A stretch of DNA of 64,000 bases from assembly GCA_016432345.1 (NCBI GenBank), contig CP066685.1:112236-176235 (forward strand). The letters run 5' to 3'. Positions 9,395 to 20,716 of this stretch are shown here, piece after piece; the stretch's first letter is position 1; each line of letters opens with the position of its first letter. Under the pieces are notes generated by a model. It was not told where the DNA came from, did no database searches, and saw nothing but the letters and a program-made list of their open reading frames with translations. The position numbers were made by a program, and so were the translations under genes. This stretch comes from Candidatus Levyibacteriota bacterium (lineage in GTDB: Bacteria > Patescibacteriota > Microgenomatia > Levybacterales > UBA12049).

Positions 9395-10147
9395 TTATAG
9401 GATAAATTTGTTGATAATGTCAACTATGCCGTCGTTTTCCACAGTCGGGGCGACATAGTCGGCTATTTCTTTTAGTTCTGGCACCGCATTTCCCATGGCA
9501 ATTTTTAGTCCACAACTCATCAGTAGTGGGAAATCATTATACCCATCTCCTACACCAATCATATCATGGGTTTTAAACCCTAGCAATTTGGCAACTTCAA
9601 AAACACCATGCTGTTTGGTAGCTTTGGCATGGGTAATAGTAATGCAAAAAAAACCTTTATTCCAGGAGGGCACTTTGTGAGCAGCGATGTTTGGCAGATG
9701 CGAAATTTTTGCAATAAGACTATCTGCTTGAGGGTTTGTAAAATCATGGCCAATATAGATTTGAAAAACCCGCTTTGGAATAGATTGAAACGGCGGGTAG
9801 ATATTGGCGTTGTCGTTAGTAAACCAAAAAGAAATACCCTCTTTTGTTAAAATTTCGGAAAGTATTGCAATATCTTCCTGATCCATTGGCTGTTCCCATA
9901 CAAAATCACGTGTTGTGCTATTAATAATCTGTGATCCTCCGTTAATAGTAGAGTATCCGTTTAGAGATAAATGATCAAGAATGTTTTTGACATAAATATA
10001 TGGTCGAGAAGTGGCCAGGCAAATATGGACATGTTTTTTTGCCTTTGTTATAGCTTTTGTTACTGCAATAGAAGGTAATCCTCCTTTTTGATTAAGAATA
10101 AGCGTGCCGTCAAGATCAAGCATAAGCGCTTTATATTTTCTTTTCAT
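9395..10147 (-). CDS. Cof-type HAD hydrolase
   Basis: DLDGTL, ATSR, K.HG, GDGYND, AMGNA. Confidence 0.9.
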   Translation of the reverse strand: MKRKYKALMLDLDGTLILNQKGGLPSIAVTKAITKAKKHVHICLATSRPYIYVKNILDHLSLNGYSTINGGSQIINSTTRDFVWEQPMDQEDIAILSEILTKEGISFWFTNDNANIYPPFQSIPKRVFQIYIGHDFTNPQADSLIAKISHLPNIAAHKVPSWNKGFFCITITHAKATKQHGVFEVAKLLGFKTHDMIGVGDGYNDFPLLMSCGLKIAMGNAVPELKEIADYVAPTVENDGIVDIINKFIL

Positions 10148-10155
10148 TCTGTGGG

Positions 10156-11857
<1,702 letters not shown>

Positions 11858-11868
11858 GATAGTATCGT

Positions 11869-12291
11869 TTAATATGTCAATTCTGTTTGGAGTTCTTTTT
11901 GGTTGAAAATAATAGTTTTGAAGAAACGAAAAAAACCGTAGGTTCCAAGAATAGGAATCCTATGATCAAAACTAAAGTCAACAGTAGTCTCAAAACTATA
12001 TGTGCCAATAAACATTTTTACTTTGTGTTGATAGGCAGTTATTCCTACATTTCCAATCCCCATGTGTGTTGTCGGTAATCCTTTGTTTATCTTTATCTGT
12101 AACTTTTCTCCAATATGAGCAGGAAGTAAGTTAAAATCTGCGCCTGAATCAAGAAGACATTCAATCGTGTGGGGATAAAGCCTGTGGTGCGAGCTCAAAC
12201 GGATTGGAATAATTGATTTATATATCTCATGAAACTTATCATTGTTGTCAATATAGGGACGGGGAAGATATTCAAAATTTAGGGTTGGCAT
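11869..12291 (-). CDS. Retropepsin-like aspartyl protease
   Basis: LLDSGAD active-site motif, GIG flap, ILG..GFF. Confidence 0.8.
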   Translation of the reverse strand: MPTLNFEYLPRPYIDNNDKFHEIYKSIIPIRLSSHHRLYPHTIECLLDSGADFNLLPAHIGEKLQIKINKGLPTTHMGIGNVGITAYQHKVKMFIGTYSFETTVDFSFDHRIPILGTYGFFRFFKTIIFNQKELQTELTY

Positions 12292-12479
12292 AATGGAGAT
12301 AAAGATTTCCCAATAGGAGGGATATACGAAATAATAGCATTTGTTATTTCTAATTTATCAAGTTTTTTTTCAAGCTCCTTTATTGTTATACCAAATGCAA
12401 GTACAGATGATTTATCCCCTTTAAAGGCTACATATTGATCTTCATATTTTATTAATTTTTTTGCATCTATTTTTTTCAC
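12279..12479 (-). CDS. Small DUF5678-like protein partnered with the aspartyl protease
   Basis: KYEDQYVAF...VLAFG.T.KEL...YIP; GTG start after TGTTATAAT box; overlaps protease start. Confidence 0.65.
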   Translation of the reverse strand: MKKIDAKKLIKYEDQYVAFKGDKSSVLAFGITIKELEKKLDKLEITNAIISYIPPIGKSLSPLCQP

Positions 12480-12544
12480 AATTATATTATAACACATTTT
12501 ATATTCGACTAGAAAAGTATAGAGTGGTACAATAGCTGTCCTAT

Positions 12545-13723
12545 ATGAATCGGAAAACTGTAGTTGTGGGAATCACTAGCGGCATTGCCGCGTATAAGAT
12601 GTTGGATCTTATAACACTGTTAAAAAAAGATGCAAATGTCATTGTTGTGATGACAAAAAGTGCCGCAAAAATGATTTCCCCAAAAGATTTTGAAAAAGTA
12701 TCTGGGAATAAAGTGTATATAGATTTGTTTGAAAAAGATTTTGATTACAAAAAAGTTCTCAAATCACGTGAGGTCGATCACATTCGTATTGCCGATATGG
12801 CAGATTTAGTGGTTGTTGCCCCAGCCACGGCAAATGTAATTGCCAAGATAGCACACGGATTGGCAGATGATTTCTTAACTACCATGCTGCTTGCAACTCA
12901 AGCGCCGATTATGGTATTTCCCTCCATGAATGTGCATATGTGGGGGAATCCGATTGTCCAGGAAAATATCGCCAAGATTAAGTCACGAGGATTTATTATT
13001 ACTGATCCAGATAGTGGAGATTTAGCCTGCGGGTATCATGGTAAAGGGCGATTGCCAGAACCTACAGAAATCTATAGAGAAGTTTCAAAAATCTTACAAA
13101 AAACCACAAGGCTTGCGGGCAAAAAAATTATTGTTACTGCAGGCGGGACGACAGAGCCAATAGATGGTGTCCGCTATATTACTAATCATGCTTCTGGCAA
13201 AATGGGCGTTGCGATTGCCGAAAGCTGTTTTTTGCAAGGAGCAAAAGTTTTACTTGTTAGATCAAAAACATCGGTTTTAACACGCTACGATATTCCACAA
13301 ATAACATTTGAAACAGCAGGCGAATTAGAAAAAATTCTGCAAAAAGAAGTTAAAAACTATGGCACGTTGTTTCAAACAGCCGCGGTGTCTGATTTCAAAA
13401 TAGATAATAGTGCTGTTGGTAAAATCTCAAGTAACAAAGAAGTCATATTGAAATTAACTCCAAGGAAAAAAATAATAGACCAGGTTAAAATATGGAATCC
13501 AGACATTACACTTGTTGGATTTAAAGCAATGTGGGGACAAGAAAAATTGCGAGAAAGTAGCGCAGATGCAGTGGTGGTAAACGATGTTAGTAAGCCTGAT
13601 CGGGGTTTTGGGGTAGATACGAATGAAGTTACGATCATTAAAAAAGGGCTTGAGAAAAAACATATTTCTTTACGTTCAAAGCAAGAAGTAGCAGAAGAAA
13701 TTGTGTCATATCTTCTTTTTTAG
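12545..13723 (+). CDS. coaBC: Bifunctional phosphopantothenoylcysteine decarboxylase/synthetase
   Basis: GITSGIAAYK, APATAN, PSMN..M, LACG..GKGR, TAGGT.EPID.VR, SGKMG. Confidence 0.97.
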   Translation: MNRKTVVVGITSGIAAYKMLDLITLLKKDANVIVVMTKSAAKMISPKDFEKVSGNKVYIDLFEKDFDYKKVLKSREVDHIRIADMADLVVVAPATANVIAKIAHGLADDFLTTMLLATQAPIMVFPSMNVHMWGNPIVQENIAKIKSRGFIITDPDSGDLACGYHGKGRLPEPTEIYREVSKILQKTTRLAGKKIIVTAGGTTEPIDGVRYITNHASGKMGVAIAESCFLQGAKVLLVRSKTSVLTRYDIPQITFETAGELEKILQKEVKNYGTLFQTAAVSDFKIDNSAVGKISSNKEVILKLTPRKKIIDQVKIWNPDITLVGFKAMWGQEKLRESSADAVVVNDVSKPDRGFGVDTNEVTIIKKGLEKKHISLRSKQEVAEEIVSYLLF

Positions 13724-13726
13724 TGT

Positions 13727-14566
13727 ATGAAAAAAACTGTTCGAGCTTTTGCTCCGGCAAATATTAGTTGTATTTTTAAGCCCCACCCCAAAAGATCGCC
13801 TAGGTGGTCTGGGTCGTTGGGTTTAGGTTTTACGTTATCTGATGGAGTTACTGTTTATGTTTCAAACGCCCAAAAAACAGAAGTATTTTTTAACAAAAAA
13901 CAAATAGACATGCCAACTGTTATGTCTGTTTTGAAGAGGCTTACTAAAAAATCAGTGTTAGTATCTATAGATACAACATTTCTTTTGGGATCTGGGTTTG
14001 GTATAAGCGGTGCCTCGGCACTAGCCACAGCCTATGCCGTAAATAGCTTGTTGAATCTAAAAAAAACCAATAAAATGTTGGCAGTTATTGCTCATACGGC
14101 AGAGGTTGAAAATAAAACAGGACTGGGGGATGTGACAAATCAATTCTTTGGGGGATTTTTATTAAAGATAAAACCAAGTTCGTATTTTGATGTCGTAAAA
14201 ATTAAAACAAAGGAAAAATACGTCTACTGCCGGGTATTTAGTCCGATTTCAACAAAAGAGGTTTTAAGTAATACCGCGCTTCTTACAAAAATCGAAAATG
14301 TAGCAGCAGAAGCTTTGCAAGCAATAGAGAATGTTTTACAGAAAAAAAACGACATAATATTGCAGGATATTTTTGCTATTTCAAAAACATTTGTTGTTGA
14401 AAGTGGACTGCTCAAAAATGCTGAAGTAAAAAAAACAATCGGAGAAATCGAAAAAAATGGGGGCAATGCCAGCATGATTATTTTGGGAAATGCTGTTATG
14501 AGTACCATTCCCTTTTTTGGCGCAACGCAATACGAAATTTCGGACAAACGGGCACAACTATTATGA
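13727..14566 (+). CDS. Archaeal-type pantoate kinase (GHMP superfamily)
   Basis: AFAPANISCIF, GSLGLGF, GSGFGISGA, AHTAEV...TGLGDV; between coaBC and PPS. Confidence 0.85.
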   Translation: MKKTVRAFAPANISCIFKPHPKRSPRWSGSLGLGFTLSDGVTVYVSNAQKTEVFFNKKQIDMPTVMSVLKRLTKKSVLVSIDTTFLLGSGFGISGASALATAYAVNSLLNLKKTNKMLAVIAHTAEVENKTGLGDVTNQFFGGFLLKIKPSSYFDVVKIKTKEKYVYCRVFSPISTKEVLSNTALLTKIENVAAEALQAIENVLQKKNDIILQDIFAISKTFVVESGLLKNAEVKKTIGEIEKNGGNASMIILGNAVMSTIPFFGATQYEISDKRAQLL

Positions 14567-15306
14567 AAATTCCAAAAACACACCCACGATATATTTCTCT
14601 TACTACCAGACATGTGTTAGAACATGGAGTAAAAACTGGCATAACGTCGTTGAATGGTCTAATTGCTCATGGTCGGGGTGAGGCGTTTGATTATTTGTTA
14701 GGTGAAAAAACCCATACGTTTGCAAAAGAGGCAATAGCAGAGGCTGCAAATGTTTTGCTTGCTGCAAAACACCCGGTTATTTCGGTTAATGGTAATACAG
14801 CAGCGCTAGTTGCAAAAGAGTTTATAATTTTATCAAAACTTCTTAGATGTCCACTTGAGGTTAATATTTTCCACACGTCAAAAAAACGAGAGCAAAAAAT
14901 TAAAAAACATTTATTAAACAAAGGGGCAAAAGATGTTTTTTTAGCAGAAAAAAAATATGTGATAGATGGTTTGCTGTCAAATAGAAGATATGTTAATGGG
15001 AAAGGTATTTATTTGGCAGATGTGGTATTTGTACCACTCGAAGATGGCGATAGGGCAGAAGCGCTTATCAAAAATGGCAAAAAAGTTATTACCATTGATT
15101 TAAATCCTTTATCGCGAACAGCAAAAACTGCCACAATTACTATTATTGATAATATTGTTCGCGCATTACCTTTGCTTGTTGGTGAGATAATAAAACAAAA
15201 AAAATCAAAAAAATTAGCATTGCAAAAGTATGATAATAAGCAAATACTAAAGCAGGCAGTTGCATTTTTAAGAAAGGGTAAATATGGATCAGGTGGCCCA
15301 AGTTAG
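14563..15306 (+). CDS. Archaeal-type 4-phosphopantoate--beta-alanine ligase (PPS)
   Basis: IPKTHPRY.SL, GLIAHGRGEAFDYLLGEKT, SVNGN, VPLEDGDR, IDLNPLSRT. Confidence 0.93.
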   Translation: MKIPKTHPRYISLTTRHVLEHGVKTGITSLNGLIAHGRGEAFDYLLGEKTHTFAKEAIAEAANVLLAAKHPVISVNGNTAALVAKEFIILSKLLRCPLEVNIFHTSKKREQKIKKHLLNKGAKDVFLAEKKYVIDGLLSNRRYVNGKGIYLADVVFVPLEDGDRAEALIKNGKKVITIDLNPLSRTAKTATITIIDNIVRALPLLVGEIIKQKKSKKLALQKYDNKQILKQAVAFLRKGKYGSGGPS

Positions 15307-17053
15307 AGAAAAAACAGATTTAGTCTCGTTTATTTCAGAGTACGTGCCGCTTAAAAAAACCGGGCGTAATTTTAAAGCGCCGTGCCCTTTCCATACCGAA
15401 AAAACGCCCTCGTTTGTTGTTTCACCAGAACGGCAGATTTGGCACTGTTTTGGGTGCCAAAAAGGCGGGGATTGTTTTACATTTCTCATGGAGTATGAAA
15501 ATTTGGAATTTCCCGAGGCTTTGCGAATTTTGGCCAAAAAAGTCGGGGTAGAATTAAGCCAAACTCCTTTTCAAAGCGGCGTTTCTTCTAAAAAAGAAAA
15601 AATTTACATTTTAAATCGGCAAGCAATGGAGTTTTATCATTACGTTTTAACAAAACATGCTGCAGGCAAAAAAGCTTTAGAGTATCTATCTAAAGATAGA
15701 CATATTAATCCAAAGGTTTTGGAGACTTTTATGGTGGGGTTTGCTCCGGCTAATGGCAATGCTCTAGCATCTTATCTGTTAACAAAGAAGAAACATGTCA
15801 AAGAAGATTTAATTGAGGCTGGTTTGTCGTTTAATAAAACAGGCAGAATTGTCGATTTTTTTGTAAATAGAATTATTTTTCCACTTTTAGATCATCGGGG
15901 GAATGTGGAGGGTTTTTCCGGACGAGTCATGGATCCCAAATTACAACCAAAATATGTTAATACGCGTGAAACTCTGGTGTATCACAAAGGCAAGGTATTT
16001 TTTGGTCTAAATATGGCAAAAGATGAAATTAAAAAAGAAGAAAGAGCCATTATTATGGAGGGGGAATTCGATGTTATGTCTTCTTTTCAAGAAGGCGTTG
16101 GCAATGCAGTTGCGGTAAAAGGTACCGCCTTAACAGAAGCTCAAGTTAATCTTATTGCCCGTTTTTGTCCAAAAGTAAGTTTGTGTTTTGATACAGACAG
16201 CGCTGGTCAGGAAGCTATAGTTAGAAGTCTTCTGGCAATTGAAAAAAAAGGGCTTTTGTGTTCGGTTGTTGTTTGTCCAAATGCCAAAGACCCAGATGAA
16301 GCAGTGCAGAAAGATTCTTTTGCATTTAAACAGGCAGTAAAACATAGTATACCAGTTTATGATTTTTTGTTAGAAAAAGTGTTATCTGAGGTAAGTGTTA
16401 AATCTGCCGAGGGAAAAAAGAGGGCAAGTGATGACTTATTGCCGATTTTTAATAATATAGAAAATGAGGTTGTTAAAGAGCATTATTTAAAAAAACTAGC
16501 ACAAGAAATAGATACAACATATGAAAGTGTTGTTAAACAAACGCAGCATTTTGCAAAACAGGCAAAAGAAGACGTGTTTATAAAAAGAGCAAAGGATGCA
16601 AGGTCTAGAAAAGAAATTATTGAAGAATATTTGCTTTCTCTTTTGCTGCAGTACAAAATTCCACAACAAATAGTTGAAAAAATACAAAAAGACAATATTC
16701 TTTTTTCTTTTTCTGTGCCATCATACCAAAAAATAGCAGAACATTTCTTTTCTTACACAAAAGCCCATTCAACAATTGATATGCAAGTGTTTCTTAAAGG
16801 GTTACCCTCGGAGTTATTTGATTCATTTGATCGTTGTTATTTATTGCCTCTCCCTTTATTTATAGACGATAAAGCGCATTTAGAGGAAATTCTAAAGATT
16901 GAAAAAGAGCTTTATTTAGTTTCGCTACGCGAGAATTTAAAAAAAATAAGTGATCAGCTTAAAAAAAATGAAAAAGAAGAAACAGAAGAATTTTTAGCCC
17001 TCCAGCAAGAGTTTTCTCGTCTAACATCTCTTCTTTCTGACGCACAAAAATAG
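15284..17053 (+). CDS. dnaG: DNA primase
   Basis: CPFH.EKTPSF, HCFGC, RIIFP, PKYVN, EGEFDV, FDTDSAG, KDPDE. Confidence 0.98.
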   Translation: MDQVAQVREKTDLVSFISEYVPLKKTGRNFKAPCPFHTEKTPSFVVSPERQIWHCFGCQKGGDCFTFLMEYENLEFPEALRILAKKVGVELSQTPFQSGVSSKKEKIYILNRQAMEFYHYVLTKHAAGKKALEYLSKDRHINPKVLETFMVGFAPANGNALASYLLTKKKHVKEDLIEAGLSFNKTGRIVDFFVNRIIFPLLDHRGNVEGFSGRVMDPKLQPKYVNTRETLVYHKGKVFFGLNMAKDEIKKEERAIIMEGEFDVMSSFQEGVGNAVAVKGTALTEAQVNLIARFCPKVSLCFDTDSAGQEAIVRSLLAIEKKGLLCSVVVCPNAKDPDEAVQKDSFAFKQAVKHSIPVYDFLLEKVLSEVSVKSAEGKKRASDDLLPIFNNIENEVVKEHYLKKLAQEIDTTYESVVKQTQHFAKQAKEDVFIKRAKDARSRKEIIEEYLLSLLLQYKIPQQIVEKIQKDNILFSFSVPSYQKIAEHFFSYTKAHSTIDMQVFLKGLPSELFDSFDRCYLLPLPLFIDDKAHLEEILKIEKELYLVSLRENLKKISDQLKKNEKEETEEFLALQQEFSRLTSLLSDAQK

Positions 17054-17077
17054 ACAATTTGTGCTACAATAAGGCTT

Positions 17078-18157
17078 ATGAAAAAGTCATCGGTAATGTT
17101 GTTTGAAATTGTTACATCTGCGAAAAAACGTGGGTATATTACCCAGGATGAGGTATTAAATCTTTTTCCCAAACCAGAGGAGCACATTGTTGAGCTTGAT
17201 CAACTTTATAACAAACTCATGCGTTTTAACGTTGATGTTTTTGAAAGTGTGGTTCAAGAGACTACAGATGCGCAGCCAATCGAAGCACTGGAAAAAGAGC
17301 TTGAGGCCTTGACTGTTTTGACCGAAGGATCAGTTTCCGATCCTGTTAGGATGTACTTAAAAGAGATAGGTCGAATTCCTCTTTTAACATTTGATCAGGA
17401 GATTATGCTGGCCAAACGGGTGGAAAAAAACGATCGAGAAGCCAAAAAAATCCTTATTAATTCTAATCTTAGATTAGTTGTTTCGATTGCCAAAAAGTAT
17501 GTTGGACGCGGTTTAACACTTCTAGATTTAATTCAGGAAGGAAACCAAGGGCTTATTCGGGCTGTTGAGAAGTACGATTGGAGGCGCGGATTTAAGTTTT
17601 CTACCTATGCAACGTGGTGGATTAGGCAATCTATCACTCGCGCGATTGCAGATCAGGCTCGCACAATTCGTATCCCAGTCCATATGGTTGAAAACATTAA
17701 TAGATTTTTGCGGACCTCAAGAAAACTGATGCAAGAGCTTGGTCGAGAACCAGCGCCAGAGGAAGTGGCAAAGGTTTTAGGAATTGATCCAGAGAAAGCG
17801 CTGGAGATTATTAAAATTTCGCAGGAACCAGCTAGTCTTGAATCACCAGTTGGAGATGAGGAAGACAGTAGATTAGGTGATTTTATTCACGACATCAATG
17901 CGCCAACACTTTTTGATGCCGCATCCCGTGAGCTTCTAAAAGAACAAGTGGATCAAGTATTGGCCACACTTTCGGATAGAGAGCGTCGGGTTTTGGAAGA
18001 GCGGTTTGGGTTAAAAGATGGTAAGTCAAAAACACTTGAAGAGGTAGGACGCATGTTTGCGGTAACTCGCGAGCGTATTCGACAGATTGAGGCAAAAGCC
18101 CTTCGAAAACTCCGCCACCCCTCTCGCGGCAACAAGCTCAAAGATTACCTTGGATAA
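17078..18157 (+). CDS. rpoD: Primary sigma factor
   Basis: [41 protein letters not shown]. Confidence 0.98.
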   Translation: MKKSSVMLFEIVTSAKKRGYITQDEVLNLFPKPEEHIVELDQLYNKLMRFNVDVFESVVQETTDAQPIEALEKELEALTVLTEGSVSDPVRMYLKEIGRIPLLTFDQEIMLAKRVEKNDREAKKILINSNLRLVVSIAKKYVGRGLTLLDLIQEGNQGLIRAVEKYDWRRGFKFSTYATWWIRQSITRAIADQARTIRIPVHMVENINRFLRTSRKLMQELGREPAPEEVAKVLGIDPEKALEIIKISQEPASLESPVGDEEDSRLGDFIHDINAPTLFDAASRELLKEQVDQVLATLSDRERRVLEERFGLKDGKSKTLEEVGRMFAVTRERIRQIEAKALRKLRHPSRGNKLKDYLG

Positions 18158-18208
18158 GAATGTTATTTTACACACTAAATTTAGTAAGAAATGTGATATA
18201 ATATCTCT

Positions 18209-18664
18209 GTGCATAAAACCTTTTATGCAAGTGGATTTCTTTACCGCCCCAAGTCTGCGCAAATTCTCTTGCAGCAAGTAGTCAATAAGTTATCTGGTAG
18301 TTCCTCGTGGTCGATAGTCTGCGGGATAAACAAAAAAGAAGAACGTGCGCATAGCGCCTTTCAAAGGATAATATACGAGGTTTTAAAAATTAAACTTAAG
18401 AGTGATTTAATATATCCTGTTTACGATTATTTTCATAATGGGGATAATATGCTTCACTACGTATTTTATGCCGAGGTAGATGAGAAACAAACTTTTAAGA
18501 CTTCTAAAGACTCTAATTTTTCATGGTTTGCTTTTAAACAAATACCAAAATTAGTCTGTAATACTCAAACAAAGCAAGATATTGTGGTCGCCGACCGCGT
18601 AATTAAATTGAAAATAAGAGAAACGCAGGCAAAAAATGTTTACCCAAAAGAAATTAATCAATAA
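18209..18664 (+). CDS. Hypothetical protein with degenerate NUDIX-like fold
   Basis: YASGFLY...ILLQ...WS..G...E....AF.R...E pattern; GTG start after TGATATAAT. Confidence 0.5.
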   Translation: MHKTFYASGFLYRPKSAQILLQQVVNKLSGSSSWSIVCGINKKEERAHSAFQRIIYEVLKIKLKSDLIYPVYDYFHNGDNMLHYVFYAEVDEKQTFKTSKDSNFSWFAFKQIPKLVCNTQTKQDIVVADRVIKLKIRETQAKNVYPKEINQ

Positions 18665-19832
18665 GGCTTAACGCAACGCCCTTTTTATTTGCCCGTCCTG
18701 TTCGGCCAATTCTGTGGATGTAGTCTTCGTATGATTCTGGAAGGTCGTAATTAATAACGTGCGTGACGTTATTAATATCCAAACCACGTGATGCTATATC
18801 TGTTGCCAAAAGGATATTAACTTTATTTTGCTTAAAAGCATCAAGTGCTCGTTGTCTTTGATTTTGTCTCTTATTGCCATGAATGGCTGCTACTTTAAAT
18901 CCTTTAAAGCTAAGCTGTTTTGCTAATTTTTCGATTCCCCATTTGGTGCGTCCAAAAAGCAGTACCTTGTCAAATCCTTTTTGAATAAGTAAATCGTGCA
19001 ATACATCAATTTTTAGCCTTCCATTTGTTTTGACAACATCTTGGTCAACATTAACTGCAGTATCTTGTGTCTTAACAGATATAGTAAGGGGATTTTTTAA
19101 AAATGTATGGATAATTCCTTGCGCGTCCTTAGAAATAGTGGCTGAAAAAAATAACGATTGGCGGGCATTTGGTAAATGAGAAATAATAAGCTTAACGTCG
19201 TTAATAAAACCCATATCAAGCATGCGGTCAACTTCGTCCAATACAATGTTGTTAAATAAAGCAAAATTAAGTTTTCTTTGCATATTAAGGTCTTTTAGTC
19301 TGCCTGGTGTGCCAATAACCACATTGTGGTTTCTGCGAAGAGCATAAATTTGTTTATGTATGCTGGCGCCGCCAATGCACAGCACAGAAAATATTTGTGT
19401 GTTTCGGGCAAGTGCTTTAAAATCGTCTTCAATTTGTACGGCTAATTCTCTGGTTGGCGCCACAATTAATACTTTTTGAGAATTATCCAAGATAATTTTA
19501 TTAAGAAGCGGTATTAAAAACGCCGCGGTTTTTCCAGTTCCTGTGTTGGCGATACCAACAACATCATGGCCTTTAAGTAGTTCTGGAATGGCTTGATCTT
19601 GAATAGGAGTAGGCCTACTATAGCCAAGTGTTTTAATGTTTTGTTTGATTGTTTGGTTTATCAGAAAGTTGTCAAAGGTGTTTTTTGGTTGGTAGGAATC
19701 TTCCACAATGTTTTCTGCCTTTTTTACCAGCATGGACATGTCAAATTGCCATCTCTTTCGAGATGGTCCAGAAAAACGTCTTTGTCCAAAAGGTCTGGAA
19801 AAAGGGCGATTTGTGCGTGATCTATGAAACAT
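18654..19832 (-). CDS. DEAD-box RNA helicase
   Basis: Q motif PTPIQ, TGTGKT, PTRELA, DEVD, SAT, HRIGRTGR; start likely ATG 19832. Confidence 0.95.
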   Translation of the reverse strand: MFHRSRTNRPFSRPFGQRRFSGPSRKRWQFDMSMLVKKAENIVEDSYQPKNTFDNFLINQTIKQNIKTLGYSRPTPIQDQAIPELLKGHDVVGIANTGTGKTAAFLIPLLNKIILDNSQKVLIVAPTRELAVQIEDDFKALARNTQIFSVLCIGGASIHKQIYALRRNHNVVIGTPGRLKDLNMQRKLNFALFNNIVLDEVDRMLDMGFINDVKLIISHLPNARQSLFFSATISKDAQGIIHTFLKNPLTISVKTQDTAVNVDQDVVKTNGRLKIDVLHDLLIQKGFDKVLLFGRTKWGIEKLAKQLSFKGFKVAAIHGNKRQNQRQRALDAFKQNKVNILLATDIASRGLDINNVTHVINYDLPESYEDYIHRIGRTGRANKKGVALSLID

Positions 19833-19995
19833 AATATTTGAGAGATGAAAGTAATAAAACTGCCTAAATAAGAAATTTATTTGTTGATGAGAAGAAAGAT
19901 ACAAATTAAAGATTATGCGAGGTATCTTAATCTTAGCTTATCAAAATAGATTTAAAATTAAGCAGATGTATTGCTTCCATCTACTATTAACAGGT

Positions 19996-20024
19996 AGTAT
20001 ACACTAATAAGATGTAAAAGTCAA
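19996..20024 (-). promoter_or_regulatory. Sigma70 promoter of helicase gene
   Basis: TTGACT-17 nt-TATACT on minus strand. Confidence 0.6.
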
Positions 20025-20051
20025 TAGACTATAGGATTTATTATTTTGTGC

Positions 20052-20198
20052 TTAGTATTGTATGCCGCCTTTGCTTGCAAGGATAAAATAGTAAACAAGC
20101 GCATAGATAATACCTCCAATAACCACATATAAAAGTATCCATTGCCAAAGTGGTCGTTTTCCGTAACCATAGCTTTTATTTTCTGTAGTTTCTTCCAT
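20052..20198 (-). CDS. 48-aa single-TM protein
   Basis: MEETTENKSYGYGKRPLWQWILLYVVIGGIIYALVYYF...; ORF-track N-extension likely spurious. Confidence 0.6.
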   Translation of the reverse strand: MEETTENKSYGYGKRPLWQWILLYVVIGGIIYALVYYFILASKGGIQY

Positions 20199-20362
20199 TG
20201 TTTTTATAGTGGCAGTAAAATTGATAAAAGTCAAGAGTTTTTTGTTCAGAAAATTACAATAGGGAATTGAGTCAAAAACTAATATAGGTAGATTTGTAGT
20301 TAAATTGATGATAAAATAATCACACATTCCGCCGAGTCTGACTCGGTTGGAAAGTTAGACTT

Positions 20363-20437
20363 TCCGGTGTAGCTCAATGGTAGAGCAGGTCGCTGTTAAC
20401 GACAAGGTTAGAGGTCCGAGTCCTCTCGCCGGAGCCA
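20363..20437 (+). tRNA. tRNA-Asn (GTT)
   Basis: Cloverleaf TCCGGTG/CGCCGGA, GCTC/GAGC, anticodon loop CTGTTAA, T-stem AGAGG/CCTCT, discriminator G, encoded CCA. Confidence 0.95.
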
Positions 20438-20545
20438 AGATTGTCTTATTAGAAGTTGATGCTTCTTTTTAAGCGTGGAAAAGATTGGAATTTCAACGAC
20501 TTTTGCCACTTTCTTGTCCTTAATATAGAACCTTAAACCTTGCGA
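20408..20545 (-). pseudogene. Possible C-terminal remnant of a tRNA-targeting recombinase
   Basis: Startless frame SQGLRFYIKDKKVAKVVEIPIFSTLKKKHQLLIRQSWLRREDSDL* ends inside the tRNA 3' half. Confidence 0.35.
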
Positions 20546-20716
20546 CTAAATCAGAAGGGAACATTCTATAAAGAATGCTAGGCGAGGTCTGGAGCTGTAT
20601 ATATTCCCTGTGTTGCTCAAAACCACTTCGGGTTGGAATGTAAGACAACACCCTCCAAAGGGAGTAGAACCCTATAGTTTATTTATGCCTTTTATACTGG
20701 TATAATTACTTCAAAT

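Noticed and set aside
20560..20680. Metal-sensing riboswitch upstream of the CorC gene
   Set aside because: I could not match yybP-ykoY, M-box or NiCo consensus by eye, and a -10 box lies just before the ATG; needs an Rfam scan
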